Shown: positions 1 to 9,244, counted from the stretch's first letter. The stretch is 64,000 bases of DNA from Bacteroidota bacterium (GCA_024279715.1 JAJRRH010000072.1:14572-78571); one strand, 5' to 3'. A program made the numbers and translations. The notes: generated from the sequence alone by a model not told the origin.

Positions 1-1
1 T

Positions 2-715
2 GTTGCAAGAAGAGAAATGCCGAACGCTGTCATAGAAGTGAATCCAGGTCTTTTAAGTAATGGAGACATGGTGAAATTAAAAATACGCAATAAACTCATA
101 CAAAATTTTAAGACAAGCAATGTAATGGGCTATGTGCCCGGCACTTTGCAGCCAGATAGTTTTATGGTCATTACGGCACATTATGACCACTTAGGTATGA
201 TGGGCAAGGAGGCTGCATTTCTCGGCGCTAATGATAATGCTTCTGGCGTAGCGTTTCTATTGAGTATGGCGAGATATTATCAAGAGAATCCATCAAAGTA
301 CTCGGTGATGTTCATTGCATTCTCTGGCGAAGAAGCTGGTCTGAAAGGTTCTAAGTACTATACTCAAAATCCAGTATTCAATTTAAATAAAATTAAATTC
401 CTAATGAATTTAGATCTGCTTGGATATGGCGAAGGGGGTATTACGGTAGTCAATGGAAGTGTTTTTCAAGATAAGTTTGATCGCCTCGTGGTGATAAATA
501 ATCAAGAGAAATTATTGTCAAAGATAAAGCGACGTGGAAAAGCTGCCAATAGTGATCATTATTGGTTTTCTGAAGCTGGTGTCCCTTCCTTTTTTATCTA
601 TACCATGGGAGACAATCAAGCTTACCATGATATTTTTGACAGGTATTCAAATCTTACTTTTGGTGAGTATGAAGACATATTCAGACTACTAACTACATTT
701 ATTAAAACATTTTAG
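2..715 (+). CDS. M28-family zinc aminopeptidase, C-terminal part (5' end lies upstream of the window)
   Basis: The frame is open from nt 2, with no stop before the first listed Met at 17. HYDHLG, GANDNASG and FSGEEAGLKGS blocks are typical of M28 peptidase metal-ligand/catalytic regions. Confidence 0.8.
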   Translation, partial: VARREMPNAVIEVNPGLLSNGDMVKLKIRNKLIQNFKTSNVMGYVPGTLQPDSFMVITAHYDHLGMMGKEAAFLGANDNASGVAFLLSMARYYQENPSKYSVMFIAFSGEEAGLKGSKYYTQNPVFNLNKIKFLMNLDLLGYGEGGITVVNGSVFQDKFDRLVVINNQEKLLSKIKRRGKAANSDHYWFSEAGVPSFFIYTMGDNQAYHDIFDRYSNLTFGEYEDIFRLLTTFIKTF

Positions 716-1381
716 ATGCTATATTTGGTTCCGACACCTATTGGTAATATGAAGGATATAACCCTTCGGGCAATAGAGATACTTTCGGATGTGGATTATA
801 TTTTGGCGGAAGATACGCGTGTGACGGGTAAGCTACTTGCTTATCATGAGATCAAGCAGCGGATGCATTCTTTTCATTCGCACAATGAACATCATAAACT
901 GGAGGAGGTGATACGTGATTTGAAGTCAGGGATGGATATTGCTTTGGTGAGTGATGCCGGTACACCTGGGATTTCTGACCCAGGATTTTTACTATCCCGT
1001 GCTTGTCATAAGAATAACCTAGAGATTCAGTGCTTGCCTGGTGCTACCGCATTGATCCCTGCTCTTGTAAATTCTGGATTTGCTAGTGAGCGATTTTGTT
1101 TTGAGGGATTCTTACCCCATAAGAAAGGACGTAAATCTCGCATAGAAAAATTCAAAGATGAAGAAAGGACGATTATCTTGTACGAATCCACTCATAGAAT
1201 ACTAAAAACCATCAAGCAATTGGGAGAACTACTTGGCTCTGACCGGCAAATGGCTATTTCTCGTGAGCTCACCAAGCTCCATGAAGAGAGTATTAGGGGG
1301 AATGCGCAGGAATTGTTAACCTATTATGAAACACATAGCACCAAAGGGGAATTCGTCTTGCTAATTGAAGGTAAGAAATAG
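716..1381 (+). CDS. rsmI: 16S rRNA (cytidine1402-2'-O)-methyltransferase RsmI
   Basis: N-terminus LYLVPTPIGNMKDITLRAIEIL...ILAEDTR and tetrapyrrole-methylase-like fold motifs (SDAGTPGISDPG). The ATG immediately follows the upstream TAG. Confidence 0.9.
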   Translation: MLYLVPTPIGNMKDITLRAIEILSDVDYILAEDTRVTGKLLAYHEIKQRMHSFHSHNEHHKLEEVIRDLKSGMDIALVSDAGTPGISDPGFLLSRACHKNNLEIQCLPGATALIPALVNSGFASERFCFEGFLPHKKGRKSRIEKFKDEERTIILYESTHRILKTIKQLGELLGSDRQMAISRELTKLHEESIRGNAQELLTYYETHSTKGEFVLLIEGKK

Positions 1382-1395
1382 TTAATCGATGCTAT

Positions 1396-1434
1396 AAAAA
1401 AAGAGTGAATCATTCTATGATTCACTCTTTTTTC
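1396..1434. terminator. Bidirectional intrinsic terminator between convergent rsmI and the Cys-rich lipoprotein gene
   Basis: Perfect 12-bp stem AAGAGTGAATCA/TGATTCACTCTT (1401-1412 / 1418-1429). It is flanked by an A-run upstream and a T-run downstream. Confidence 0.8.
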
Positions 1435-1456
1435 GGTTAAAAAATCGTGTTGTAAT

Positions 1457-2863
1457 CTAAGGGATAATTACTGAAAAGGATCCATTGGTAATAGTACATT
1501 CATCTCCAGTCATAGTCGCTAGTGTTCCACTAAAGCTACCCGTAACCACTTGCAGAGGTGGGATAGTCGGTGTGGTAGAGAAACTAAATGAAGAGAAAAC
1601 AATACCTGTACTACTGAATTTTGATTCAAATTGAATACCATTATTTGTAATAAGTGCGACGTTATCTAAAATTGGTGGTACAAATACGAGTGCGCTAGAA
1701 TTACAAGTAAAACTTCCTGCTCCACCTGAGAAGAAAGTGTCGATGACATCCGTATCTTGTAGAGTGATGGACATCGTATGCGCCAAACCACCCTGTAATT
1801 GTACAACGTCATAATCGGCAGGCTCACTACTTACGCCCGGTGTAAAGAGACCAACAATAGTAGAGTTTTTACTTTCATAAGGTACATTTGATTCTGTTAA
1901 TTCTGGAGAACCCGATATCTCGTAATCTACGGTATAGATAAGAAAACTCTGATCCTCTACTGCACATGGAGGACAGTCGTCTCCACCACAATCAGTATCT
2001 CTTTCATTTCCATTTAATATTAAGTCAAAACAAAGTGAGTTGCAAGGAGGACAGGATGATTCATCAGATGCCGTTCCATCATAACAGTCAATACCCGTCT
2101 CATACCCATTTTGAACCCCATCACTACAAAGAATGATATCATCACACGAGACACAATCATCACCACCACAATCAATGGCTTCCTCTGAGCCATTTAGTAG
2201 ACCATCACTACAAAGCGCATCACACGAGGGGCAACCACAACCACCGCAGTCCACATCAGTTTCACTCTGTGCTGGGTAATCTGCAAATGTATCTTGCACG
2301 CCATTTTCACAATGAGCAAAATCACAGGGAGAACATACGCCACCACAATCAGCACATGGTCCCTCTGCTCCATTTAGTAATCCATCATCACAATATTCAG
2401 TACATGGAGGGCAATCTGTAGTAATATCATCATCACAATCTATCGTTTCAATAAGTACACCTCCAAGGGTCATCTCTTCTCCTGGGTCATGTTGTCCGTT
2501 ATTACAAGTTTCACATGGACCACAAAGAGGATCTACGCCACCACAATCTATCCATTCTTCGCTCAACTCTGGATGATTTGGATTCACATCCCATACATCA
2601 TTATCACAACAGGAAGGGCATGGACCACCACAATCAACCCCTGACTCTATCCATCCTTCCTCATCATCTAAGATACCATTGTCACAGGTAGGTGGGCATT
2701 CATCACAATTGGGGCCACCGCAATCTACAAATTCTTCTTCTTGATTTAATACTTCATCAAAGCACGTGGTATGTATTCTATTATCTTCATGAAAACATGA
2801 AGTAAACAACACTATAATAGAAAGTGTGGCGAATACAAAGCGTAGGGAGTTTTTTAATATCAT
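1457..2863 (-). CDS. Cysteine-rich repeat lipoprotein: nine 4-Cys 'DCGG' repeats plus a Cys-poor beta-rich C-terminal domain; function unknown
   Basis: Signal peptide with lipobox LFTSC (Cys23) and 41 Cys in total. The repeat is C-x-[DN]-G-x-x-[ND]-G-x-E-x(2-3)-DCGG-x(1-2)-C-x-x-C. The last ~168 aa are almost Cys-free and S/T/G-rich. It has its own promoter box and terminator. Confidence 0.85.
   Translation of the reverse strand: MILKNSLRFVFATLSIIVLFTSCFHEDNRIHTTCFDEVLNQEEEFVDCGGPNCDECPPTCDNGILDDEEGWIESGVDCGGPCPSCCDNDVWDVNPNHPELSEEWIDCGGVDPLCGPCETCNNGQHDPGEEMTLGGVLIETIDCDDDITTDCPPCTEYCDDGLLNGAEGPCADCGGVCSPCDFAHCENGVQDTFADYPAQSETDVDCGGCGCPSCDALCSDGLLNGSEEAIDCGGDDCVSCDDIILCSDGVQNGYETGIDCYDGTASDESSCPPCNSLCFDLILNGNERDTDCGGDDCPPCAVEDQSFLIYTVDYEISGSPELTESNVPYESKNSTIVGLFTPGVSSEPADYDVVQLQGGLAHTMSITLQDTDVIDTFFSGGAGSFTCNSSALVFVPPILDNVALITNNGIQFESKFSSTGIVFSSFSFSTTPTIPPLQVVTGSFSGTLATMTGDECTITNGSFSVIIP
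1964..2764 (-). repeat. Coding tandem repeat region: nine degenerate ~25-40 aa 4-Cys modules (residues 34-300 of the lipoprotein)
   Basis: Read directly from the translation. Examples are TCDNGILDDEEGWIESGVDCGGPCPSC, YCDDGLLNGAEGPCADCGGVCSPC, LCSDGLLNGSEEAIDCGGDDCVSC and LCFDLILNGNERDTDCGGDDCPPC. Confidence 0.8.
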
Positions 2864-2890
2864 AATGTAATATTCGATTTATTAGGGTAG

Positions 2891-2898
2891 CAAATTTA
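2891..2898 (-). promoter_or_regulatory. Bacteroidota-type -7 promoter box TAAATTTG for the Cys-rich lipoprotein gene
   Basis: Exact match to TAnnTTTG on the minus strand, 27 nt upstream of the ATG at 2863. Confidence 0.4.
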
Positions 2899-2984
2899 AT
2901 AATTTATTATACAAAGTACAATAATACATACAAATACACACAAATAAAATGCGCATATATATGAAAGCTAATAATAGAATGGTG

Positions 2985-3018
2985 AAAAAAAAGATTGCAT
3001 GAATATTCATGCAATCTT
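2985..3018 (-). terminator. Strong intrinsic terminator acting on the minus strand
   Basis: Perfect 28-nt palindrome (2991-3018, AAGATTGCATGAAT|ATTCATGCAATCTT). On the minus strand it is followed by T8 (plus-strand A-run 2985-2992). Confidence 0.75.
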
Positions 3019-3054
3019 TCTAATAAGTGTGTTTTTTGCGTGTTTTATGATGGT

Positions 3055-3174
3055 TCAAAACCTATCTTTTCTCTTTCGAGTTTCGATAACTTTCATTCCA
3101 TTTGTAAAATACCATGCAAACTTTTTATTAAACCAAGACTCCATAGTCTTGGCTGTATCCATTACCCAATTCAT
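3055..3174 (-). CDS. Candidate small protein (39 aa), or alternatively a small RNA; not in the supplied ORF track (below its size cut-off)
   Basis: ATG at 3174 to TGA at 3055 gives MNWVMDTAKTMESWFNKKFAWYFTNGMKVIETRKEKDRF. The 2985-3018 terminator begins 36 nt after the stop. An internal 8-bp hairpin lies at 3133-3152. No family recognised. Confidence 0.4.
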   Translation of the reverse strand: MNWVMDTAKTMESWFNKKFAWYFTNGMKVIETRKRKDRF

Positions 3175-3427
3175 ATTATTAGTGTTTTAGTTAGTTATTG
3201 TCATATTTCTCTTATAACAACGTCGCAATATAGAAATATATTTTGAATAGCTAACAGATTATTATTGAAAAGAATGTGGTCGAGGGGTTGCTGGCTTTTA
3301 AAATTTGCAGATAATTGTAGGTTGAAAGGGTTGATAACAAGAGGTCTAATTAATCGGCGTGCCCAGTGTAAACCCAACAAATAAAATCACGCACAATTTG
3401 CATTGAATTGCTTCAAAAGCATGTAAA

Positions 3428-4942
3428 ATGGCCTGTTTTTTACTGAAAACGGATGAAAAAGAACCAAAAATGAGAGAAAACGATCTAATTACTCTTCAAA
3501 AGATAGGGATATCAAAGCAGAATTTTGACGATCAAGTAAAAATGATTTCACAAGGCATGGAAAGTGTCAAATTAGTATCTGCAGTAACCCCTTCAAATGG
3601 TATAAAAATATTTAGCCAGGAAATGATGATTAGTCTCGCTGATTATTTTGAACAATTTGAGGAAATGTTGCAGCTGGTGAAATTTGTGCCAGCGTCAGGT
3701 GCAGCTAGTAGAATGTTTAAAGATCTGGTGCAATTTCATCAAACTAAATCACACAATAAAATAAGCCTTGAATTTTTTGCATCCATTGATCGATTTCCAT
3801 TCTATGACAGATTGTTAAATGCATGCATTGAGAATAATATTACTTTTAAGGATGAAGTTGATATACAATGGAAGGTGATCGATCTTTTGTTCAACGATGA
3901 AAAATTTAAATTCTTAGATAAGCCTAAAGGACTCATCCCATTTCATAAAGTTAACGGCAAAGAGCGTAACGCTTTCGAAGAACACTACAGGGAAGCTGTT
4001 GATTATAAAACGACTAATAAAGATGTTTGTATGCATTTCACAGTTTCTTTGGGTTATAGAGATATGATATCTGAAGCATTGGAGAAGGTGAAAACGGATC
4101 TTGGTAATCCTGGGATTTCACAAAAATTTTCGCTTCAATCAGTTTCAACTAACACAGTAGCGCTTGATAAAAATAATCTTGTGGTGCGTGATGATAATGG
4201 GGATATGGTCTTTAGACCTGGTGGTCACGGCGCTCTAATTGACAACATTAATGATATACATGCCGATTTAATCTTTATTCGTAATATCGACAATATCATT
4301 CCAAAAGAGAATAACTTAAAACTACCGCCCTATAATCTTGCCATGGCAGGGTGGCTTTTACAACTAAAGACTAAAAGAGATCAATTGCTAGGAAGATTAA
4401 ATGAAAGTGAAAATGATGGTGTCATAGCGGATTCGTTGGAATTTATTGAAAGAGAATTGGGCGGTACATGCCCTTCTAGGATGGATACTGAGGATGCTAA
4501 GTTATATATAATGCGCAGTTTGAATAGGCCAATGCGAGTGTGTGGAATGGTTAAAAACGTCGGAGAGCCTGGTGGAGGACCTTTTGTAGTATTAAAAGAT
4601 GGTGAAAAAACAGTGCAAATTATCGAGTCAAGCCAGATAGATAAGAGTGATGAAGAACAAATGGAAATCATGAAATCAGCAACACACTTCAACCCAGTGG
4701 ATATGGTTTGTGCTACGAGAGATTATATGGGGGAGAAATATGATTTGATGGCTTTTAGGGATGTTGAAACCTCCTTTATTGCTAATAAAACCTATAAGGG
4801 CAAGGAAATCAAAGCGCTTGAGTGGCCGGGATTGTGGAATGGCGCCATGTTTCATTGGATTACACTTTTTATGGAAATACCGCTAGAGGCATTTAATCCT
4901 GTAAAAACTATCAATGACTTATTGCGAGATAGTCATCAATAA
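3428..4942 (+). CDS. DUF4301-family protein (nucleotidyltransferase / UDP-sugar pyrophosphorylase-like fold); function unknown
   Basis: N-terminal pattern DLITLQKIGIS...QV, then FVPASGAASRMFK and FRPGGHGAL blocks, as I recall for Bacteroidota DUF4301 proteins. An alternative start ATG lies at 3470 (MRENDL). Confidence 0.7.
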   Translation: MACFLLKTDEKEPKMRENDLITLQKIGISKQNFDDQVKMISQGMESVKLVSAVTPSNGIKIFSQEMMISLADYFEQFEEMLQLVKFVPASGAASRMFKDLVQFHQTKSHNKISLEFFASIDRFPFYDRLLNACIENNITFKDEVDIQWKVIDLLFNDEKFKFLDKPKGLIPFHKVNGKERNAFEEHYREAVDYKTTNKDVCMHFTVSLGYRDMISEALEKVKTDLGNPGISQKFSLQSVSTNTVALDKNNLVVRDDNGDMVFRPGGHGALIDNINDIHADLIFIRNIDNIIPKENNLKLPPYNLAMAGWLLQLKTKRDQLLGRLNESENDGVIADSLEFIERELGGTCPSRMDTEDAKLYIMRSLNRPMRVCGMVKNVGEPGGGPFVVLKDGEKTVQIIESSQIDKSDEEQMEIMKSATHFNPVDMVCATRDYMGEKYDLMAFRDVETSFIANKTYKGKEIKALEWPGLWNGAMFHWITLFMEIPLEAFNPVKTINDLLRDSHQ

Positions 4943-5264
4943 GCAGTGTAATTTCATTGTTTTGGAATTGGTATAATATCTTGACAAATAACGATTAAAC
5001 ATATTTTAAGTAAATCAAAACTTACGAGTATGTAGAGGTGTGTTTCTTTGTGCTTTAAAGCCTTATCACTCTTTTTTAGTACATGTCTTGATTAAGTCTG
5101 TCAACAGGTGGTAAAGGAGGTCACCCTTTTATTCTACTTATAGATGATTCTACCTTGCTTGTTTTACTCTGTAATTCTTCAATTAGCACTTTTTATCATT
5201 TAAAATGTAACTAAACGGAATAAGTCACGTAAAAATGTAGTGTTGACTATAAATTCTGTGAAGG

Positions 5265-6155
5265 ATGATGAGAAGAGAGAGATGGGTAGTCGCATTGATA
5301 TTTACCCTAATAGGTTCGCTAACAGCAGCCACATTCAGTGATGTAATTTCTAACGCTTTTGACGAGAATGGCCGAAAAACTGGCTATTGGGTCATAGACG
5401 GCTCTATTAAGAAGATGCCAGGATATGGACCAGATCAAATAATAGAGGAAGGTAATTATATTGCCAATAAAAAGGAAGGACTTTGGAAACGATACTTTGC
5501 TAATGGTAATATTCAAAGTGAAATCACTTTTATTCATAATATTCCAAATGGGTATTACAAAACATATTTTGATAATGGAAATATTGAGGAAGAAGGTAAT
5601 TGGGTGAATAATCGGAATACTGGTAACTTCACAAGATACTATCCCAATGGTATGGTAGCGCAAGAATTTAGATTCACAGAAGGTGGATTGCGTGATGGTG
5701 TACAAAAGTACTACTATGAAAATGGTCAAATGGAGCTTCTCGTCAATATCAAAAAAGGGAAAGAAGATGGAAAAATGGTTAGATATTATCCAAATGGGGA
5801 CATCAAAGAGGAAGTAAAATTTGATGAAGGTTCGGTAAAAGAAGGTAGTAGAAAGAAGTTCATAATGAATCAACCGGAAGAGAAAGTCAAAGAAACCAAG
5901 GTTGTCCCTGAAATTGTATCAAAACCTGTAGAAGGAGCAAAAGAAAAACCAAATCTTGCGGTATTCAACAGTACTGGCACGAATACCTTGTACAATAAGA
6001 ATAAACTTATTTCACAAAAAGGATATTTTAAGAACGGGAGGCTTTGGAATGGTAAACGATACAAATATGATGATAATGGATTGCTAGAAGCCATAGAGAT
6101 TTATAAAAAAGGTAAGTTTATAGGTTATGGCGTTATCGATGAAAGTATGCGATAA
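5265..6155 (+). CDS. MORN-repeat-variant / YwqK-family repeat protein with N-terminal membrane anchor
   Basis: Hydrophobic N-terminus WVVALIFTLIGSLTAA. Repeated G-x-W-x-x-Y-[YF]-x-NG-x-[IM]-x-x-E motifs include YFANGNIQSE, YFDNGNIEEE, YYPNGMVAQE, YYENGQMELL and YYPNGDIKEE. Confidence 0.75.
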   Translation: MMRRERWVVALIFTLIGSLTAATFSDVISNAFDENGRKTGYWVIDGSIKKMPGYGPDQIIEEGNYIANKKEGLWKRYFANGNIQSEITFIHNIPNGYYKTYFDNGNIEEEGNWVNNRNTGNFTRYYPNGMVAQEFRFTEGGLRDGVQKYYYENGQMELLVNIKKGKEDGKMVRYYPNGDIKEEVKFDEGSVKEGSRKKFIMNQPEEKVKETKVVPEIVSKPVEGAKEKPNLAVFNSTGTNTLYNKNKLISQKGYFKNGRLWNGKRYKYDDNGLLEAIEIYKKGKFIGYGVIDESMR

Positions 6156-6177
6156 ACGTTGGTTTTGAATGAAATTT

Positions 6178-6210
6178 AAATTAGCAATCGGACGGTTGCT
6201 AATTTTTTTT
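6178..6210 (+). terminator. Intrinsic terminator after the MORN-repeat gene
   Basis: Stem TTAGCAA/TTGCTAA (6181-6187 / 6196-6202) followed by T8 (6203-6210). Confidence 0.65.
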
Positions 6211-6253
6211 GTCAAATGAATAAGCAATCATCAAAAAACATTTTCTTTGCACT

Positions 6254-7717
6254 ATGGAACATAAACTCACGGTATACAATACCCTCACAAGAAAGAAAGA
6301 ATTATTTACTCCAATAAACTCACCACACGTAGGTTTATATGTTTGTGGTCCAACAGTTTATTCTGATGTTCATTTGGGTAATGTTCGTACTTTTACAAGT
6401 TTTGATATTATCTATCGATACTTGGTACATCTAGGTTATAAGGTAAGATATGTCCGTAATATAACTGATGTCGGTCATTTGGTTGGGGATATTGATGAAG
6501 GGGAGGATAAAATCGCTGTTAAAGCTAGGCTTGAAAACCTCGAACCAATGGAAGTAGTGCAACGCTACACCAATGGATTTCATGAGGTAATGCAACTCTT
6601 CAATAATTTACCACCTAGTATAGAGCCAACGGCTACTGGTCATATCATAGAGCAGATAGAAATGGTGGAAAAAATTCTTGAAAATGGTTTTGCATATGAA
6701 GTAAATGGTTCGGTATATTTTGATGTGGTGAAATACTCAGAATCCGAAAACTATGGAGAACTATCTGGAAGAAAAATTGATGAATTATTAAGTAATTCTC
6801 GTTCGTTAGATGGGCAAACCGATAAAAGAAACCCTGTTGATTTTGCACTATGGAAAAAGGCAGGCGAACAGCACCTTATGCGATGGAACTCTCCATGGGG
6901 AGTTGGTTTTCCCGGATGGCACTTGGAATGTTCCGTGATGAGCACAAAGTACCTGGGTGAAAATTTTGATATCCATGGGGGTGGTATGGATTTAAAATTC
7001 CCTCATCATGAGTGTGAAATAGCGCAAAATAAAGCTTGCGCTAGTGGTAATCCAGTAAATTATTGGTTGCACACCAACATGCTGACGGTCAACGGCAGAA
7101 AGATGGCGAAATCTGAGGGAAATGGATTTACGCCAGAGCAATTAGTTACTGGTGACCATCCTCTCTTGGAGCAAGGGTATAGCCCAATGACCGTACGCTT
7201 TTTTATGCTACAAAGCCATTATTCCAACACCCTTGACTTCTCCAATGAAGCACTAAAAGCTGCTGAGAAAGGGTATAAACGAATGATAGAGGCTATGGAT
7301 ATTTTACCAAAATTGGAGGTGTCTGAAAAAAGCGATTTTGAATTTGACGCTTTTGCGAAAAAGTGTTATGATGCCATGAATGATGACTTTAATACACCCA
7401 TATTATTGAGTGTGATTTTTGAAGCGGTAAAGTTTATTTATCGAGTGAAGGCGGGTGAGATAACAGTCAGTAAAGTAGACAAAGAAGGATTAAAGATATT
7501 GATGGAAGCATTTATTTTTGATGTACTCGGTTTTAGAAAAGAGGTGGCATCGCAAACAGATATGAGCGATGGCTTGATGAATATCATCCTTGATCTTCGG
7601 AAAAATGCTAAGGTCAATAAAGATTTCGCTACTAGCGATGCCATACGAGATCAGTTGAAGGAAATAAATATCGTCATTAAAGATTCTAGAGAGGGAAGTA
7701 CTTGGGAGGTGATATAA
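6254..7717 (+). CDS. cysS: Cysteine--tRNA ligase
   Basis: Class I aaRS signatures are [13 protein letters not shown] (HIGH-type) and KMAKSEGN (KMSKS-type). The size (487 aa) and overall pattern are typical of CysRS. Confidence 0.95.
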   Translation: MEHKLTVYNTLTRKKELFTPINSPHVGLYVCGPTVYSDVHLGNVRTFTSFDIIYRYLVHLGYKVRYVRNITDVGHLVGDIDEGEDKIAVKARLENLEPMEVVQRYTNGFHEVMQLFNNLPPSIEPTATGHIIEQIEMVEKILENGFAYEVNGSVYFDVVKYSESENYGELSGRKIDELLSNSRSLDGQTDKRNPVDFALWKKAGEQHLMRWNSPWGVGFPGWHLECSVMSTKYLGENFDIHGGGMDLKFPHHECEIAQNKACASGNPVNYWLHTNMLTVNGRKMAKSEGNGFTPEQLVTGDHPLLEQGYSPMTVRFFMLQSHYSNTLDFSNEALKAAEKGYKRMIEAMDILPKLEVSEKSDFEFDAFAKKCYDAMNDDFNTPILLSVIFEAVKFIYRVKAGEITVSKVDKEGLKILMEAFIFDVLGFRKEVASQTDMSDGLMNIILDLRKNAKVNKDFATSDAIRDQLKEINIVIKDSREGSTWEVI

Positions 7718-7816
7718 ATCTCATAAGACATATATACCGTTTGTAACTATTCATTTGGTTTGAGTCGCTATTATCCTTTAATTTGATAAATTAGGGATAT
7801 TTTTCAATTTGGTAGT

Positions 7817-9244
7817 ATGGTGAAATCACTCACATTATTCATTTTTATAATAGTCAATTTTACATTGTTTTCTCAAGATAGTTGGGGTCTTAAGCAATGT
7901 ATTGATTATGCAGTAGAAAACAATATTGATGTACAGCTTCAATCTATGCAAAATCAATTCTATAGCGAGGACTATACTTTGGCTAAATATAATATGTTGC
8001 CATCCTTTAATGGAAATATCAGTCATGGATATAATTGGGGCCAACGAATAGACCCTTTCACCAATCAATTTGCAAGTGAACGGGTGAGGAATAACAACCT
8101 AAATCTCTCATCAAATGTGGTGTTATATAATTATTCAAGGATTAAAAATCAACGAGAAAAAGCTGCAATATCTATTGAGTATGGTGAATTTGACTTGAAG
8201 AAGACGAAGAATGATATCTCTATTCAGGTAGCGCAGTCTTTTCTTTCGTACGTGGTGTTGTCTGAACAATTAGAAATAGCAAAAAGTCAATTATCTATAA
8301 CTAACGAGCAGATAACTAGAATGCAAAAACTAGTAACCAATGGACAGAATGCCAAAGGGGATTTGTACGAATTAGAGGCGCAATTGGCCACAGAGCAGTT
8401 GAATAAAATCCGTACTGAAAATGACATCAGTTTTGCTCGGATTACTCTTATTAATTTGCTTCAACTTAATAGTGAGGAAGCATTGAATTTTTCTATCGTT
8501 CCACCCACCGATATAGCATTTGAACAACAAGGTATGAGTATGAGTGTGGACGAGATATATCAAAATGCTCTTGGATATCTCCCTGAAATAAAGTCAGCAG
8601 AGCTTAGGACAAAGCAAAGTATGAAGGATGTTGATCTAGCTAAAAGCTCGGGCATGCCGTCACTTAATTTGTTTGGCTCTATTGGATCTGGATACTCCGG
8701 TGCAAATTTGGAAGGATTGGGAGATGGAACGTTAACTTATATTCCGTTAGGTCAGGTAGGAGTAGGCGGACAAACTGTATTTTCACTTCAGGAACGATTG
8801 ATTTATGACAACTTTGAAACAAAATCTTTTGGAGATCAATTGAGCCAGAATTTCAATCAATCTGTTGGATTGAATTTGTCCATACCGATTTTTAATGGAT
8901 TCAGCACGAAGACATCTGTCGCTAAAGCAAAAATCAGTATCGAAATGGCAAAGCTTTCAGAAGAAAGAATTCGTAATCAAATTGCCTCGGATATTCGCCT
9001 TGCCTATACCAACGTAATAGCTGCTATCCATCAGTATCAGTCTGTCAATTCATCGTTGGATGTAGTACAACGTAATTTTGACAATGCCCAAAAGAGATTC
9101 GAAAATGGATTAATCAACGCCACCTCATTCAATGCTGCTAAAGTACAATTGCAAAATCAACAACTTCAATTATTAAATGCTAAATTTGAATATCATTTCA
9201 GAATAAAAATCATGGAATTGTATCAAGGCAAAAACATCAACTAA
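7817..9244 (+). CDS. TolC-family outer-membrane efflux protein
   Basis: Signal peptide and a two-fold internal repeat of coiled-coil/beta segments. The N-terminal block LKQCIDYAVENNIDVQ is typical of OEP/TolC proteins. No adjacent pump partners. Confidence 0.8.
   Translation: MVKSLTLFIFIIVNFTLFSQDSWGLKQCIDYAVENNIDVQLQSMQNQFYSEDYTLAKYNMLPSFNGNISHGYNWGQRIDPFTNQFASERVRNNNLNLSSNVVLYNYSRIKNQREKAAISIEYGEFDLKKTKNDISIQVAQSFLSYVVLSEQLEIAKSQLSITNEQITRMQKLVTNGQNAKGDLYELEAQLATEQLNKIRTENDISFARITLINLLQLNSEEALNFSIVPPTDIAFEQQGMSMSVDEIYQNALGYLPEIKSAELRTKQSMKDVDLAKSSGMPSLNLFGSIGSGYSGANLEGLGDGTLTYIPLGQVGVGGQTVFSLQERLIYDNFETKSFGDQLSQNFNQSVGLNLSIPIFNGFSTKTSVAKAKISIEMAKLSEERIRNQIASDIRLAYTNVIAAIHQYQSVNSSLDVVQRNFDNAQKRFENGLINATSFNAAKVQLQNQQLQLLNAKFEYHFRIKIMELYQGKNIN

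Noticed and set aside
2995-3246. Two overlapping plus-strand ORFs (83 and 63 aa) from the supplied track
   Set aside because: Both are hydrophobic, low-complexity translations of AT-rich DNA. They start inside the palindromic terminator and have no promoter box. The opposite strand offers a more coherent ORF-plus-terminator unit (3055-3174 / 2985-3018).
5113-5121. Perfect Shine-Dalgarno-like AAAGGAGGT in the 322-nt region upstream of the MORN gene, unusual for a lineage that rarely uses SD
   Set aside because: No credible start codon lies at 5-10 nt. Only an ATT gives a 27-codon ORF, and the nearest ATG is 23 nt away and opens a 19-codon ORF. I could not support a gene or a structured element, so it is likely chance.
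5319-5873. 184-aa minus-strand ORF antisense to the MORN-repeat gene
   Set aside because: It is a shadow ORF inside a well-supported repeat-protein gene. The translation is I/F/L-rich junk with no motifs.
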